A stretch of 64,000 nt of DNA, taken from NCBI GenBank assembly GCA_950097015.1, contig CATNEN010000003.1, forward strand, positions 3,410,001-3,474,000. The letters are read 5' to 3'. Below, piece by piece: positions 13,091-25,967 of this stretch. The notes under the pieces are model-generated. The model did no database searches, was not told the DNA's origin, and saw only the letters and a program-made list of their open reading frames with translations. Both the position numbers and the translations under genes were made by a program. Origin of the DNA: Macrostomum hystrix. Lineage: Eukaryota; Animalia; Platyhelminthes. Position 1 is the stretch's first letter. Each line of letters opens with the position of its first letter.

Positions 13091-13574
13091 TTATTTAATA
13101 ATCGACACACGTTCGGTCTGATTAAAAAGGAATACATTTTTTCTTTAATTGCATCCAAAAATGTAAAAAACTAGACGGACCGAATGGCAGATCAATCTAA
13201 TTGGGCATTATTATCGTCAGAAACTGAGGAAGTCATTGCGTCATAAAAATAATCATTCGAATCGGAAATTCTTAGTTTCACAGGAACGACAGACGCGCGA
13301 CAGTTAATAGCACTTTTTTATGATCGGCAACGATAATTATTATTGACACATTAACTTAAAATTGACCTAAGTCAAAAATTATTACTAATTATTCACACAT
13401 TCATTTAAGTCAAAACTGAGCATGCTAATTCAGTCATATTTTACCTGCGACTTTGGTGCAAAAAACAATTATTATGGCAATAATAGCAGGTGCACGAATA
13501 TGCTATAATTAAGTTAGACCGACAAGTAAAAACGTAAGTAAAACAAACACAGTGCACGAATTAGGAACAATAGG

Positions 13575-14003
13575 GGGCCAGACAGGGAAGATATGAGGCA
13601 GGGGAGAAATGAGACAGCGGAGAGATAAGACAGGGGAGAGATGAGACAGTGGAGAGATAAGACAGGGGAGAGATAAGACAGGGGAGAGATGAGACAGAGA
13701 TGAGACAGGGGAGAGATGAGACAGTGGAGAGATGAGACAGAGATAAGACAGGGGAGAGATAAGACAGGGGAGAGATGAGACAGAGATGAGACAGGGGAGA
13801 GATGAGACGGAGATGAGACAGGGGAGAGATGAGACAGAGATGAGACAGGGGAGAGATGAGACAGTTCAGAGATGAGACAGTGCAGAGATGAGACAGTGCA
13901 GAGATGAGACAGGGTAGAGGAAGTGTGCTCGTGGATATTGAGGGGCCAGTGAGCAGGATTAAGGGAGCCGTATCCGGGTCGCGGGCCGGCGGTTGCCGAC
14001 CCG
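13575..14003 (-). mobile_element. Diverged, truncated hAT MITE relative with 16-bp array (array 13575-13918)
   Basis: Reverse complement of 13960-14003 (ccgggtcggcaaccgccggcccgcgacccggatacggc) resembles the MITE left end and is followed by the same array family; other TIR and TSD not found. Confidence 0.6.
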
Positions 14004-14899
14004 GTCTAATGTAATCCGTCATTTTTATTTCTCCCACGTTCAGCTGTGCCCTTGCACGGCTCAAAGTCACGCGGTTCTCCCAGCTCGGCTATGCATGCTA
14101 GACTCTCATCTCTCTTCTCCCATCTCCCCTTCGCAGTCTCGCTCGCGCCCCCTTCTCGTATAGTCTGCATCCTAAAATAAATTCCTTCCAATTTTTTGCA
14201 TCCCTCACTTTCTCCTTCCGCGTTTCAATTGAGTGGACGCAGTGGATATGGGAGGCACTTCCCCAACCATCCTGCAGCCTACTTCCCCAGAGTCCGTGCC
14301 ATCGGGGATTTGAGTCCCCCTGTCCAAGGGGATTTCGGATGAAATTTGCCCCAGTCGCCCACCCAATCCAGGAGCGAGAGGAGAAGGGAAGAAAGAGAAA
14401 GTAAGAAGCGACAGTAATTGGGATTTGGAATGAGGTGCGAGAGTTTGAGTCCTGTATGTGGGGGAAAGTGAGTTAGTGAGTGTTAGCCAGATCCCCATGC
14501 CATACTCGAACTAAGTTCTGTTCATCAATAGCTAGTTCAGAGTAGTGGGCAACCCTTTCATCATCTTGTCGCAATAATGTATGAACGAGTATGCGAATGT
14601 AAGAAGATGAAATGAAGAGATTAATTGTGTCGCCGCCGCAGTCTGTACTTTACAGCAGAATCGAAACGCTTAAAACAGTTTTTTACGTGAATATCCTAAA
14701 AGTATTTTGCTCTCAAGTTTCCCGCTATATATAACTAGTCTCGTGGGGTAAGAGAAAATTCATCTCATATTCAAGCAACAACCAACAATATTTCTTCAAG
14801 CAACAACATTTTTAATAGCTTTTAATTTTGATTTTCAAGCATGAATTTTTAATACAAGGCGAGTTCTGCTTTACTCATGCTTACCTGTACATCTCTCTC

Positions 14900-16039
14900 T
14901 GGAGAGATGAGACAGGGAAGAGATTAGACAGAGGAGAGATGAGACATGGAAGAGATTAGACAGAGGAGAGATGAGACAGGGAAGAGATTAGACAGAGGAG
15001 AGATGAGACAGGGAAGAGATTAGACAGAGGAGAGGAGACAGGGGAGAGATGAGACAGAGAAGAGATGAGACAGGGAAGAGATTAGACAGAGGAGAGATGA
15101 GACAGGGAAGAGATTAGACAGAGGAGAGATGAGACAGGGAAGAGATTAGACAGAGGAGAGGAGACAGGGGAGAGATGAGACAGAGAAGAGATGAGACAGG
15201 GGAGAGATAAGACAGGGAAGAGATTAGACAGAGGAGAGGAGACAGGGGAGAGATGAGACAGGGAAGAGATTAGACAGAGGAGAGGAGACAGGGGAGAGAT
15301 GAGACAGGGAAGAGAATAGACAGAGGAGAGGAGACAGGGGAGAGATGAGACAAATGAGAGATGAGACAGAGAAGAGATGAGACAGGGGAGAGATGAGACA
15401 GGGAAGAGAATAGACAGAGGAGAGGAGACAGGGGAGAGATGAGACAAAGGAGAGATGAGACAGGGGAGAGATAAGACAGGGAAGAGAATAGACAGAGGAG
15501 AGGAGACAGGGGAGAGATGAGACAAAGGAGAGATGAGACAGAGGAGAGATGAGACAGGGAAGAGAATAGACAGAGGAGAGGAGACAGGGGAGAGATGAGA
15601 CAAAGGAGAGATGAGACAGAGGAGAGATGAGACAGGGAAGAGAATAGACAGAGGAGAGGAGACAGGGGAGAGATGAGACAAAGGAGAGATGAGACAGGGG
15701 AGAGATAAGACAGGGAAGAGAATAGACAGAGGAGAGGAGACAGGGGAGAGATGAGACAAAGGAGAGATGAGACAGAGGAGAGATGAGACAGGGAAGAAAA
15801 TAGACAGAGGAGATGAGACAGAGGAGAGATGAGACAGGGGAAAGATGAGACAGGGGAGAGATGAGACAAAGGAGAGATGAGACAGAGGAGAGATGAGACA
15901 GGGGAAAGATGAGTCAGGGGAGAGATGAGACAGAGGAGAGATGAGACAAAGGAGAGATGAGACAGAGGAGAGATGAGACAGGGGAAAGATAAGACACATG
16001 AGAGAGATGAGACAGATGAGAGATGAGGCAGATGAGAGT
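14900..16039 (-). repeat. 16-bp family array, inverted relative to 11619-13090
   Basis: GAGAGATGAGACAGGG units; end reads actctcatctgcctcatctctcatctg on the minus strand, as at 11619. Confidence 0.95.
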
Positions 16040-16562
16040 TTTTCTTGTCAAGTTAAATCCACAAAATCAAGGGTAGGTCCTGTATGATTTAATTCAACAG
16101 CAAAAGCGCCGGGACTTCACGTTTCTAAGAAAAGAAGTCAGCTGTGCATAGGTCTCACAGCTTTGTTATGAATGACGGTCTATCATTATTCATCCCATGC
16201 AAAAGGGCCCTATAAACTGTAGGATTTTTGCGCAGAAATGAACGGCTGCAAGGATGCTGAATTATTTAAATCCTTTTCGGCCCATAACTCCCAAAACCTA
16301 ATGCCTAAAGCATTGTCCGCAGAACAATTACTATCTATCTATATTTCCCGGAGATAAATCCTTTGTGATTTTCTTAGTGACCATTTCCCGGTGTGCTGTT
16401 CTTTCCGGGATTTGTCCCGGGGAAAATTACCGATTTTCTCTATGAAATCAGAAATAAACATTTAAAGAAATTTGTTTTACGAACGTATAAACATAACGAC
16501 AATCGTTATTTTCACAATGAGTCAAAGCTTCCGTCAATTTGGCTCCTAATTATTGTTTAATT

Positions 16563-17149
16563 CAGGGGTCGGCAAACTCCGGCCCGCGGGCCAGATGCGG
16601 CCCTCGAAGCTCCCAAATCCGGCCCGTTGCCCCTTCTGACATCTACAATGTCCTGTTTCATCTCTCCCGTGTCTAATCTCTCCCGTGTCTAATCTCTCCT
16701 GTGTCTTATCTCTCCCGTGTCTCATCTCTCCCGTGTCTCATCTCTCCCGTGTCTTATCTCTCCCGTGTCTCATCTCTCCCGTGTCTCATCTCTCCCGTGT
16801 CTTATCTCTCCCGTGTCTCATCTCTCCCGTGTCTCATCTCTCCCGTGTCTCATCTCTCCCGTGTCTTATCTCTCCTGTGTCTCATCTCTCCCGTGTCTTA
16901 TCTCTCCCGTGTCTCATCTCTCCCGTGTCTCATCTCTCCCGTTTCTTATCTCTCCCGTGTCTCATCTCTCCCGTGTCTCATCTCTCCCGTGTCTCATCTC
17001 TCCCGTGTCTCATCTCTCCCGTGTCTAATCTCTCCCGTGTCTCATCTCTCCCCTATCTCATCTCTCCCCTATCTCATATTTATACAGTCAAAGCTGCCCG
17101 CTGTCGTCTCTCTCTTTGGCCCGCCAGCAAATAAGTTTGCAGAACCCTG
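16563..17149 (+). mobile_element. Second copy of the hAT MITE with 16-bp minisatellite
   Basis: Same TIRs and subterminal sequence as 8216-8890; a different perfect 8-bp TSD GTTTAATT (16555-16562, 17150-17157). Confidence 0.93.
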
Positions 17150-19991
17150 GTTTAATTTGAATTCGTCAAATGTTTAACAACTATATAACAACTTGTAGGC
17201 GTTGCAATCCCGGATTCCATGGAATATGGATTTCCTGGGATTTGATGAAATTTCCACGGAAAATTCTTCCGCTATTTAAAAAGTAGTTGAAATTCCTAAA
17301 TGTCACCAAGCCCAGATGTTACCCAGATGTTATTTGTTGTAATGTTAGACATTGCAACAAAGAAATGAAAGGAACAATTACAAAAAAAGACTGTATATAG
17401 ATTTGAGTTGCCTGAAAAGCATGCTTCAACGTTGCCTGCTTCAGTGAAAGCTGTCGAACGTCTGATTTCTTTGCTTGCATAAATTATATTTTCGTTAATA
17501 ATTAGCAAATCTGCGTATGAAGCTTTTAGTGGCAAAAGTGCAACTGACTCTATTTGTACATTGCGATAATTTTTTCCTTTTCGGACAACTGTACAAACTC
17601 GTGATGGGATTGTACAGCTCTGGGGTACTTATTGTAGAATTCAGTAAGTAAGCAGTAGCCAGATATTTACAAGGAATACAAAAAACATAGAAGGATGAGT
17701 GCAGGACATTGCTATTATTGCATCTTGTATTGCACATGTTCGAAATGAGGGGCGCAAGCTGTTTTTCTATACTTATTGGGTTCATTAGGTGCGAAAAATA
17801 TTAGTTAAGCAGACCTCTTTCCAGGTGCCTGAAGTACAGTGCTTACAGATTTTATTTAGCATACTTTGGGGTGAAATTGTCTTGTGATACTGGACTGAAA
17901 ACGAATAATCTTCTTGAGATGATATTTGAAGGTTAAAAATAGAATGTTGGTGAGAAATGACAAAGTTTTAATACCGAACATTCGACTAATTAATAGTAGA
18001 ATTTTCTGAAACTCAAAAAGGAGACCTTTTTCTTCGCTTTTTTACAACTGAATGAGTGAGTGAATCAGCAACTTGGACCACCGCCACTAAACTCGGTCGC
18101 CTTGTCATGCGACACACCTACATGGCTTAGGCTATACATGCCTCTTTTAGTCCGGAAGAAGAAGAAGAAGAGAATGAAATCGGTGCAAAAATAATCAAAG
18201 CCGCCCTCTAGCTATATTATAATATTGGGAGGCCAGTCTGCCGCGATTGCGTAATCTTTTCAAGGTGGTAATTTGCCTGTCAATCTGAGAGACAGAGAGC
18301 GGAGAAGAGAGAAGGGGAGATAGGGGAGCGGCTGTTCCCCCCAAGAAGCCTTCCCACTCCAACGAATCCCACGTTTACCTGGCCCAATCAGCACTTATTC
18401 AAGCTCAGTCTAATTTTAGTCACTAGATCTGCTCAATGAACTCAATTGAGTACCCGGACTCCATTTTTTTTGGTTTGGGGATAGAAATTTTGAACTGTGG
18501 ACAATGAACCGTCGCTTCTTGCGAGGGATAGAGAGAGGAGAGAGAGGGGGAAGAGGGGAAGACTGCAGAAGAGGAAGAGAAAGGAGGCCATGTGGCGTGG
18601 TGGGATGAGTCATAATTTTTTGCTTTAGTGGGACAGTTTCACCCGTGTTTGCATGTCCCTTCGCATCTGCTTGGATCCTATCCTATTTCCCAAAAGCCGG
18701 AAATTTTCCTCTTTTATATGTTTCGCCGTGCGCGACAACTTTCTTGGTAGGCAAAGCCAGCAGTGACAAGAAAGTTAGGTCAGAATTTAAGCTTCCTTGG
18801 CGACAAACTTGCAAAATCGCTGCATAACTATTACATAGTTATCACAATCGTGATGACCCTAATCCATTTTTCATTCTACTGAATATTCAGATTATTCTCA
18901 TTTCTACCTGTCTTCTTAGTTTCCTCTTTTAGAAAAATCCCCAAATATATATTTCTGGTTCCATTCGGTTTGGTTGGGTTTTTAAGGGGGATTTATGACC
19001 AATTACCGTTCCCAATTAAAATAGAGTTTCATGTTTTAGAACCATTTGATCCAAGAATTAGTCTAGTAGGAGTTTTAATGTTTCGCTTTGATTTTGTTTA
19101 ACTTCAATTTCTACATGTGTAGCTATCCCAGAAAACATAATAAAACACAATTCTTATGTTGAAGCCTTTTGCCAGTCTGACATTTCGCGACTCGCATCTT
19201 AAAAGCAAGAGGAAGGAAAGAATGATTTATAACTAGCATAATCAGTATTAGCTACCTGTGCTATAATATTCATACTTGTTTTAAAAGGGCTTAAACCTGG
19301 CTTAGCTATATGTAAAAAGCACTTAGCAGTTACAGCAAACACACTATTTAGCATGTCCCAGTTCTGTTGGAGTGAGTCACAGTCCAGATCATAGCCTGAT
19401 TGTGAACAATATGCATGGGTCTAGCTATAGAATAAAGACGTGAATATAACAAAGCTTGTATGACTGACAAAAGCGAGCATTGACAGTAATCATGCATGGC
19501 ACCATTATTTTGTCAGGCATAAGAGTTCCCCAACTTAACAAAGACTGGGTTCAAGTGAGAAACCCAGAGGCTTTTTTTCGTTTCGTAAAAGCAATAATTT
19601 AGTTTTCTTGCAGCTTTTTCTAGATCCAATCTAGCTATTGCTCACCAAAGCTGTAACACGCGTTAGAATCTCAATCTCATAGGAGATTCTTAGCTGATAG
19701 TCTATAGTGTCAGAGAGAAAATAAGAGGTCTCTTTCAAGGTCTGGAACTCAAGCGATAATTAACTTGTTAATAATAATGCTCTGCTCACGAAACTAATGC
19801 AAGCAGCATGTCAATTATCAAAAATAAACTAAAAGTGACAAGTTACAAAATCCCAGACTTCACGGTGAGAACAAAAAGGTCGAACCTCGCAAATAGAATT
19901 CATCTTATTATGTAGCTCAGAGTAAATCAATTTTTGTTTCGACTGACATTGTTAACTCCGCGCAGTCACCGATTTTTTAACTGGGAAATTC

Positions 19992-21206
19992 TCACCGGTG
20001 CTGATAATCGCTCCTGGCGATGCTGTGATTAGGGCTTGGCGGCTCTGACAGGCCCAGGTCGCGCGGGCCAGGTGGGTGGTGGTGCATCAGCTCTCGCTGC
20101 TTGCGGGCCTGTATGCTGCCCAAGGTGAGGTAGCCATTGGTGTGCACCTGGCCGTGATGAATGACCCGAGGCCTTCGCGGCATGGTTGCCTGCGCGGTCA
20201 TAGAGTGCGCCTTCTCGTGCAGGTGATGGTGGTGGTGATAGTGCTGGCCGCCGGGGAAGTCCATCAGGGAGGACGCCGTCCGCGGGATGCTGTTGCCATT
20301 CTTGCCTATGTGGCCGGAGCCTTCGCCAGCCAGCCTGGCTCCTTCGGCAGCTTCGACTGCGGCAGCGGCCGCTGCCTTCTCAGCGGCCCGGCGCCTGGTT
20401 CGGCAAACAATGAGCAGAGCGGTGGCCAGACTCAGGCAGAGCACGCCTAGGAAGGCCACGGCTGCCAACGGCCAGGCGAAGTCGAGACCGCCGGCGCCGA
20501 AGCCAGCTTGGTTGACGCCCGAGCCGCAGGCGCATGGCAAATTTGATGACGACAACGAAGATGAGGAAGAAGGCGCCACCGGCACTCGAGGCGGAGGCAG
20601 TGTAGCCAGGGGGCGCTCTTTGACGCACAGGATGATGGAAGGCTGGTCGCCGTCAATCTTGTCGCTGTCGGAGCTCAGCTCAGTCACCAGCATCTTGTTT
20701 GGCTTGAGCTCAACCAGCTGCTTCTCTCGCCGGTGCGGGCTGTCGAGGAAGAATCGTCCCGGGGCCATAGACCACATAGGGACGGTCTTGAAAAATCCCT
20801 CTTGCCTGTCATTCTGGCTATAGACAAGTTTAATCTCCTGCTTGGTTACGCCGACCTTGATGAAGTCGCTACGGTTGAATATGTAACGCTGGAACAGATC
20901 GCCAGCCAGATCTTCTAGGCGGGGCAGGCGGGTGTTAGTGCTGGAGCAATTCGACTTGGCCTCCTTGTAAGACTCGGATATGCCCAAGAGACGGATTACG
21001 TTGACGGTCTTGTAGCGGAAGGTGTACTCAGTGTTGCTGTTAAATGGCGAGGTTGACCACTGGTCTAGGCTGGACCAGGAAGCTGAAACTTCAGCAGCTG
21101 TTGGCTCAGGTTGCCACAGTAGCAGCAGACCCAGGATAATGAGTGATGCTGAGGGCGTTTGTTGCTGACGCCGCTTGTGTCTGGACAATGAGACTAGGCT
21201 CAGCAT
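19992..21206 (-). CDS. Gene A: uncharacterised type I membrane protein (404 aa from ATG at 21206) with a degenerate C-type lectin-like ectodomain
   Basis: Non-repetitive GC-rich ORF; hydrophobic leader (SLIILGLLLLWQPEPTAA); SYKEAKSNCSSTNTRLP...IILCVK resembles CTLD ends; TM WPLAAVAFLGVLCLSLATALLIVC followed by basic RTRRR. Domain call is tentative. Confidence 0.85.
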   Translation of the reverse strand: MLSLVSLSRHKRRQQQTPSASLIILGLLLLWQPEPTAAEVSASWSSLDQWSTSPFNSNTEYTFRYKTVNVIRLLGISESYKEAKSNCSSTNTRLPRLEDLAGDLFQRYIFNRSDFIKVGVTKQEIKLVYSQNDRQEGFFKTVPMWSMAPGRFFLDSPHRREKQLVELKPNKMLVTELSSDSDKIDGDQPSIILCVKERPLATLPPPRVPVAPSSSSSLSSSNLPCACGSGVNQAGFGAGGLDFAWPLAAVAFLGVLCLSLATALLIVCRTRRRAAEKAAAAAAVEAAEGARLAGEGSGHIGKNGNSIPRTASSLMDFPGGQHYHHHHHLHEKAHSMTAQATMPRRPRVIHHGQVHTNGYLTLGSIQARKQRELMHHHPPGPRDLGLSEPPSPNHSIARSDYQHR

Positions 21207-22779
21207 TTTCAAATGAGGCCTGGTGTTAATCCTTTATTTGTAATGCTTGGATTTGGATGCTTGTAAATTCTTGTCAAAATACGTTTTGAGCACTCCTTCG
21301 CCTTGTTTAAACAAGTTGAGTCAGTGAGTAGCCCTCAGAGACGAGTGTGGGAGTGTGGGGAACTTTGCTGGGTGAGTCCTACCTAATGCTGATGATGGGA
21401 ATGGCAGAGTATGGGGAGACGGGACGGCCTCTAAATGCACGCAAGCGCACGAGGCAAAGGAGCCAAAACAACCCCCGTCCCTGTCTGTGGCGCCCACCCC
21501 AGTGCAAGCCCCAGTGTCTTCTCCCCCATGTCCCAATGTCCCATGTCCCAATCCGATTCGCCCTAACCTCCGTCCAATCCAACCTCAGCCGCTCTACCCC
21601 CACTCAACCCCACCCCGTCAGTCAAGTTTCATTTGTGGAAGGCTTTGTTCTGCTTGTTGGCCATGCCAGCCACCCAAAGCATTGAACGAAGGAGCGAGAA
21701 AAATAAGGAACGAAAGTGCTGGGTGGAGCTGCGGCGGGGGTGGATGTTGCTTCGGAAGGCTTTAATTTCTGCCTGGGGTTTCGGGTCTTGGGGGGTTTGG
21801 TCTGACATGAAAGCCCGCTGGCTTCAGTGAGCGGCTGGGGGTGGCAAACGCCCGCCACCCCACTCCACTCCGACCCTCTCTGCCTTTCATTGAGGAGCAG
21901 AATAGCGAGAATAGGACAGGAAAAGTAATAGGAAAGAAATGGTTGTGTTGAGGATTAAAAGGCGACTCGGCTTCCTTTCTGCTTTTGGCTAAAATTGCTC
22001 ACTCAAGCTAGGAAAATCATGCATGTGCGATGCAGCCACACAAGTCCAAGACAATCTGCATGGTTCACAAGGCTTGATGAAAAAAGAATTATTATAATAC
22101 CAGCCAATCGACACAAATTAATCCGCAATTCTGTGCTTTGTTTTTCTAAACATTCAACACAGCTAGCTCTTTGTCGTCTTATCTTGACCCCATCGCTCAC
22201 TGGGACTTTGCCAAATTAGCTAATTATGTGTGAAAATTGTTTTATGGGTCGATTTCACACTTGCGATTAATACGCCTGACTAAATGACATATGATAACCA
22301 GCAAGTTGCAGTTGTAGTAGTTAATCAAATGGGGTGCTAATTAAATAATTAATCTTGATTCTTGTACTGTCATGCTACACTGCCATAACATAGGAGCCAG
22401 AGCCAGTAACTCTAATGGCGCAAATTGTCGAATCTAAACAATATCAGAGGTTCAGAGGCTTCACGGCAGCGCCGGTCGGTTGGTGAAAGTGATTCTCTAA
22501 GGCCTTTTTCTTCAGTCGAAGTCGTAGAGTCTAACAATTAGGCCGTATATTCTACGAGCATATTGTGCGCTTCTGTTAATAATTGAGCTGTTTGGCGTTG
22601 CGAAGCTAGGACTCGATTCAGCATTATTGCGCCGAATTCTGGTGAGGTATCGTGTCTTCTCACTTCTGAGCTTATCTATAGTCAAGCGGTATGCTTTATC
22701 CACCCAACAAAGCTACTGAATACGACCCTTTGGACTCTTCCCTTCGAACATCTACGCTCCCTTTTCTTATCTGTCGTTG

Positions 22780-23410
22780 GCCGTGTCTCATCTCTCCTGT
22801 CTTATCTCATTCATCTGATCCCGCCCCCGTCTCATCACTTTCGTCTCATCTCTTCGGTGTCTCATCTTTCCCTGTCTCATCTCTCCACTGTCTCATCCTC
22901 GCTCTCTCATCTCTCCCATCTCATCTCTCCCTGTCTCATCTCCTCCTGTCTTAACTCTCCCCTGTCTCATCTCTCCTGTGTCTCATCCTCCCTGTCTCAT
23001 CTCTCCTGTGTCTCATCTCTCCCTGTCTCATCTCTCCCCTGTCTCATCTCTCCCCTGTCTCATCTCTCCCCTGTCTCATCTCTCCCCTGTCTCATCTCTC
23101 CCCTGTCTCATCTCTCCCCTGTCTCATCTCTCCTGTGTCTCATCTCTCCCCTGTCTCATCTCTCCCTGTCTCATCTCCCCCTGTCTCATCTCTCCCCTGT
23201 CTCATCTCTCCCCTGTCTCATCTCTCCCCTGTCTCATCTCCCCCTGTCTCATCTCTCCCCTGTCTCATCTCTCCCCTGTCTCATCTCTCCCCTGTCTCAT
23301 CTCCCCCTGTCTCATCTCTCCCTGTCTCATCTCTCCCCTGTCTCATCTCTCCCCTGTCTCATCTCTCCCTGTCTCATCTCTCCCTGTCTCATCTCTCCCC
23401 TGTCTCATCT
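22780..23410 (+). repeat. 15/16-bp TGTCTCATCTCTCCC(C) array
   Basis: Direct periodicity. Confidence 0.93.
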
Positions 23411-23889
23411 GTATCAATAAAACAAACCTCAGCTTTATTTTGGAGACTTAGTTTTGCAAGATTTCTGACAGAAGTACTTTTGTAGGTGTTTGTTTTTACG
23501 TAAAACTGTTATATCGGCCTCTTAAAAAGAATATTTATGATCTGGGGACACTTTTTCGGGAAAACTGAAAAAATCAAATCGATATTTTGTTGTTTCGTTT
23601 GCTAAATTTTAAAATTAATAAATCAAATATGTTTCTACGAATTTGACAGAACCTGAAGCTTTTAATCTAGTTTCATTTTTGTCAATTTTTTGGCTGTTTA
23701 TTCATTTCCCAATTAATCTTTAGCAACAGCAGCAAATTTAATTAAAACTGCATTTTCACACCTTACTACTTAGTTTAAAGGACTACAAAATAAGTTTATG
23801 TTATATTAGTGTGTGAAACAGGGACCTTGCACCACTTATAGCTGAAAGAGAATACAAATTATGACAAAATCGAATTGATGAGTGATTGA

Positions 23890-24315
23890 GACAAGGAACA
23901 GGTGAGACATTGGAAAGATATAAGAGTTGGGAGATACAAGACAGGATAAATGAGACACGAAACAGATAGGACACGGTATAGATGAGATACGGGAGAGATG
24001 AGATAGGGCATGCAGAGATAAGACACAGAGAGATGATATAGAGGAGAGATAAGACATGGATTTAAGACAGGGGAGATGTGAGACACAGAGATATGAGACG
24101 GGGAGAGATGAGACAGGGTAGAGATGAGACAGGGAGAGATGAGACAGGGGGAGATGAGACAGGGAGAGATGAGACAGGGGAGAGATGAGACAGGGGAGAG
24201 ATGAGACAGGGGGAGATGAGACAGGGAGAGATGAGACAGGGAGAGATGAGACAGGGGGAGATGTGAGATGAGATGGAGAGAGATGAGGCGTGGAGAGATT
24301 AGAGAATGGTGAGAT
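23890..24315 (-). repeat. 15/16-bp family array, partly degenerate, opposite orientation
   Basis: GGGAGAGATGAGACA units. Confidence 0.88.
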
Positions 24316-25967
24316 GGCAATGAGGATTTCTCGGAGTTTCAAATTTATCGGGAGTCATGGGAAGGTTTTTGTTTTCAGTTAACATCCATTGTTTGCATGT
24401 TTATAACGTGAAGTGTATATTCCTGTGTGTTCCTCGGGCATTAGCTATCTTTCTTGAATTCATAGAAGTGTGTAATACTTTTTATGAAGCAGTTTAGTGA
24501 CTAATAAATTAACTAATTTATTTGAATTGTTCCTAAGCATTCAGCAAAACTGCCGACTTTATAAACCGACACTAATCAGGAATATATTAGTAGACAGACA
24601 CTACTTGTTTGTTGTCTCATTACCCCGATAAATCTCTTAGGATATGAAGTTCAGCAAGATTTATCTAACAGTCTATAACACCTTCCTGTGTAAAACACTG
24701 CGCAATAGAACTTTATGAAGTTCACTTTCACAGCCAATTTTGTGCGAAAATGCTGTTTGTTTAAGTGCATTGATCGAATCACGTCAGTTTTTGTCGACAA
24801 CGCATCCACTATCACTGTCTGAAGAAAATAGAGAAATCAGAGTTTCAAAGCACTATTTGCTAATTCTAAAGAATTATTTTTTAAATCAAGTGCTTGAACT
24901 TATTCTATCGGACAACTCTTTTCAATCTTGATTTAGTTAGTTAGTTAGATGTTGGAATCTTGAAACATCTCTGCCGTGACGTGATCTTGAATTTCTTTAA
25001 AGTTACGAGTATTACCAATGGCAGAGGGTTTCTCAAGGTTTTGAGCTTGCAAATTATCTGTTCTAATTCTGTACAATTAATTGGTTTTAATTTTGTCTTG
25101 CAATAATTTACTTTTGCGAAAAATGCGATTCAATGTCTCTTGAATATTTTAGGATTGTGCAGCATTCGTTACAGGTAATGTTTCTAAGAAAGTTACAGTA
25201 TCGAAGAAACTTGATAGTTTAAGAATTTTGCAGTTATAAAAAGTTATGCTTTTCTAAGAAATTTCTGTTATTAGAAAAATGACAGCTTAAAAAAGCTACG
25301 GTTTCTAGGAAACAGTTTCGATAAGTAACATTTTATTGAAAGAAAGATAAAGCCTTGTTTTAAAAAAGTTTCTGTTTCTGAGAAAATGCCTGTTTCTTAG
25401 ACCTGACTCTTTTAGGAAAGTGACGGTCTTCAAACGATACCAGCAATGTTTTCTTAATTAAAACTTACACTCGCATACTTCTTCTCTTTCACTTGCTGCT
25501 CCCAAACTCAAAGCCCACACCCTCTTTGGACCTTTGGGAATTTTCTGACTCACACAGCACCCCACTCACGTTGCGGTGCAGAAGCCTATTTGATCAAATC
25601 AAGCCTGCCAATATATTGCATCCTTTGGTCTGCCGAACAACCCATCCCAACTCCACTGCATTCACACGCCACTATGGTCAGAGTACACTCAAGACCTGGA
25701 TAGATGCAAAAGCCTCTACTAATTTAATTTCTGGATTGTGAACTAGTTTCCTTCCTCTTGCATGAAGATTTCCCTAAAGAAACGGTAAATTGCGTACTAC
25801 AAGCGTACATCCAACTAATTGCTGATCATAATTGAAAGTGATTATAAAACTGAGCCTAAGCCTAAGCCGGTTTCCGTATCAGTAAGGGCGATGATAAACG
25901 ACCTGAAAAAAGAAAGATATTTCTTTGGAGGGGCCCTGAGCTCCGGGGCCCCTCCAAAATTATATTT

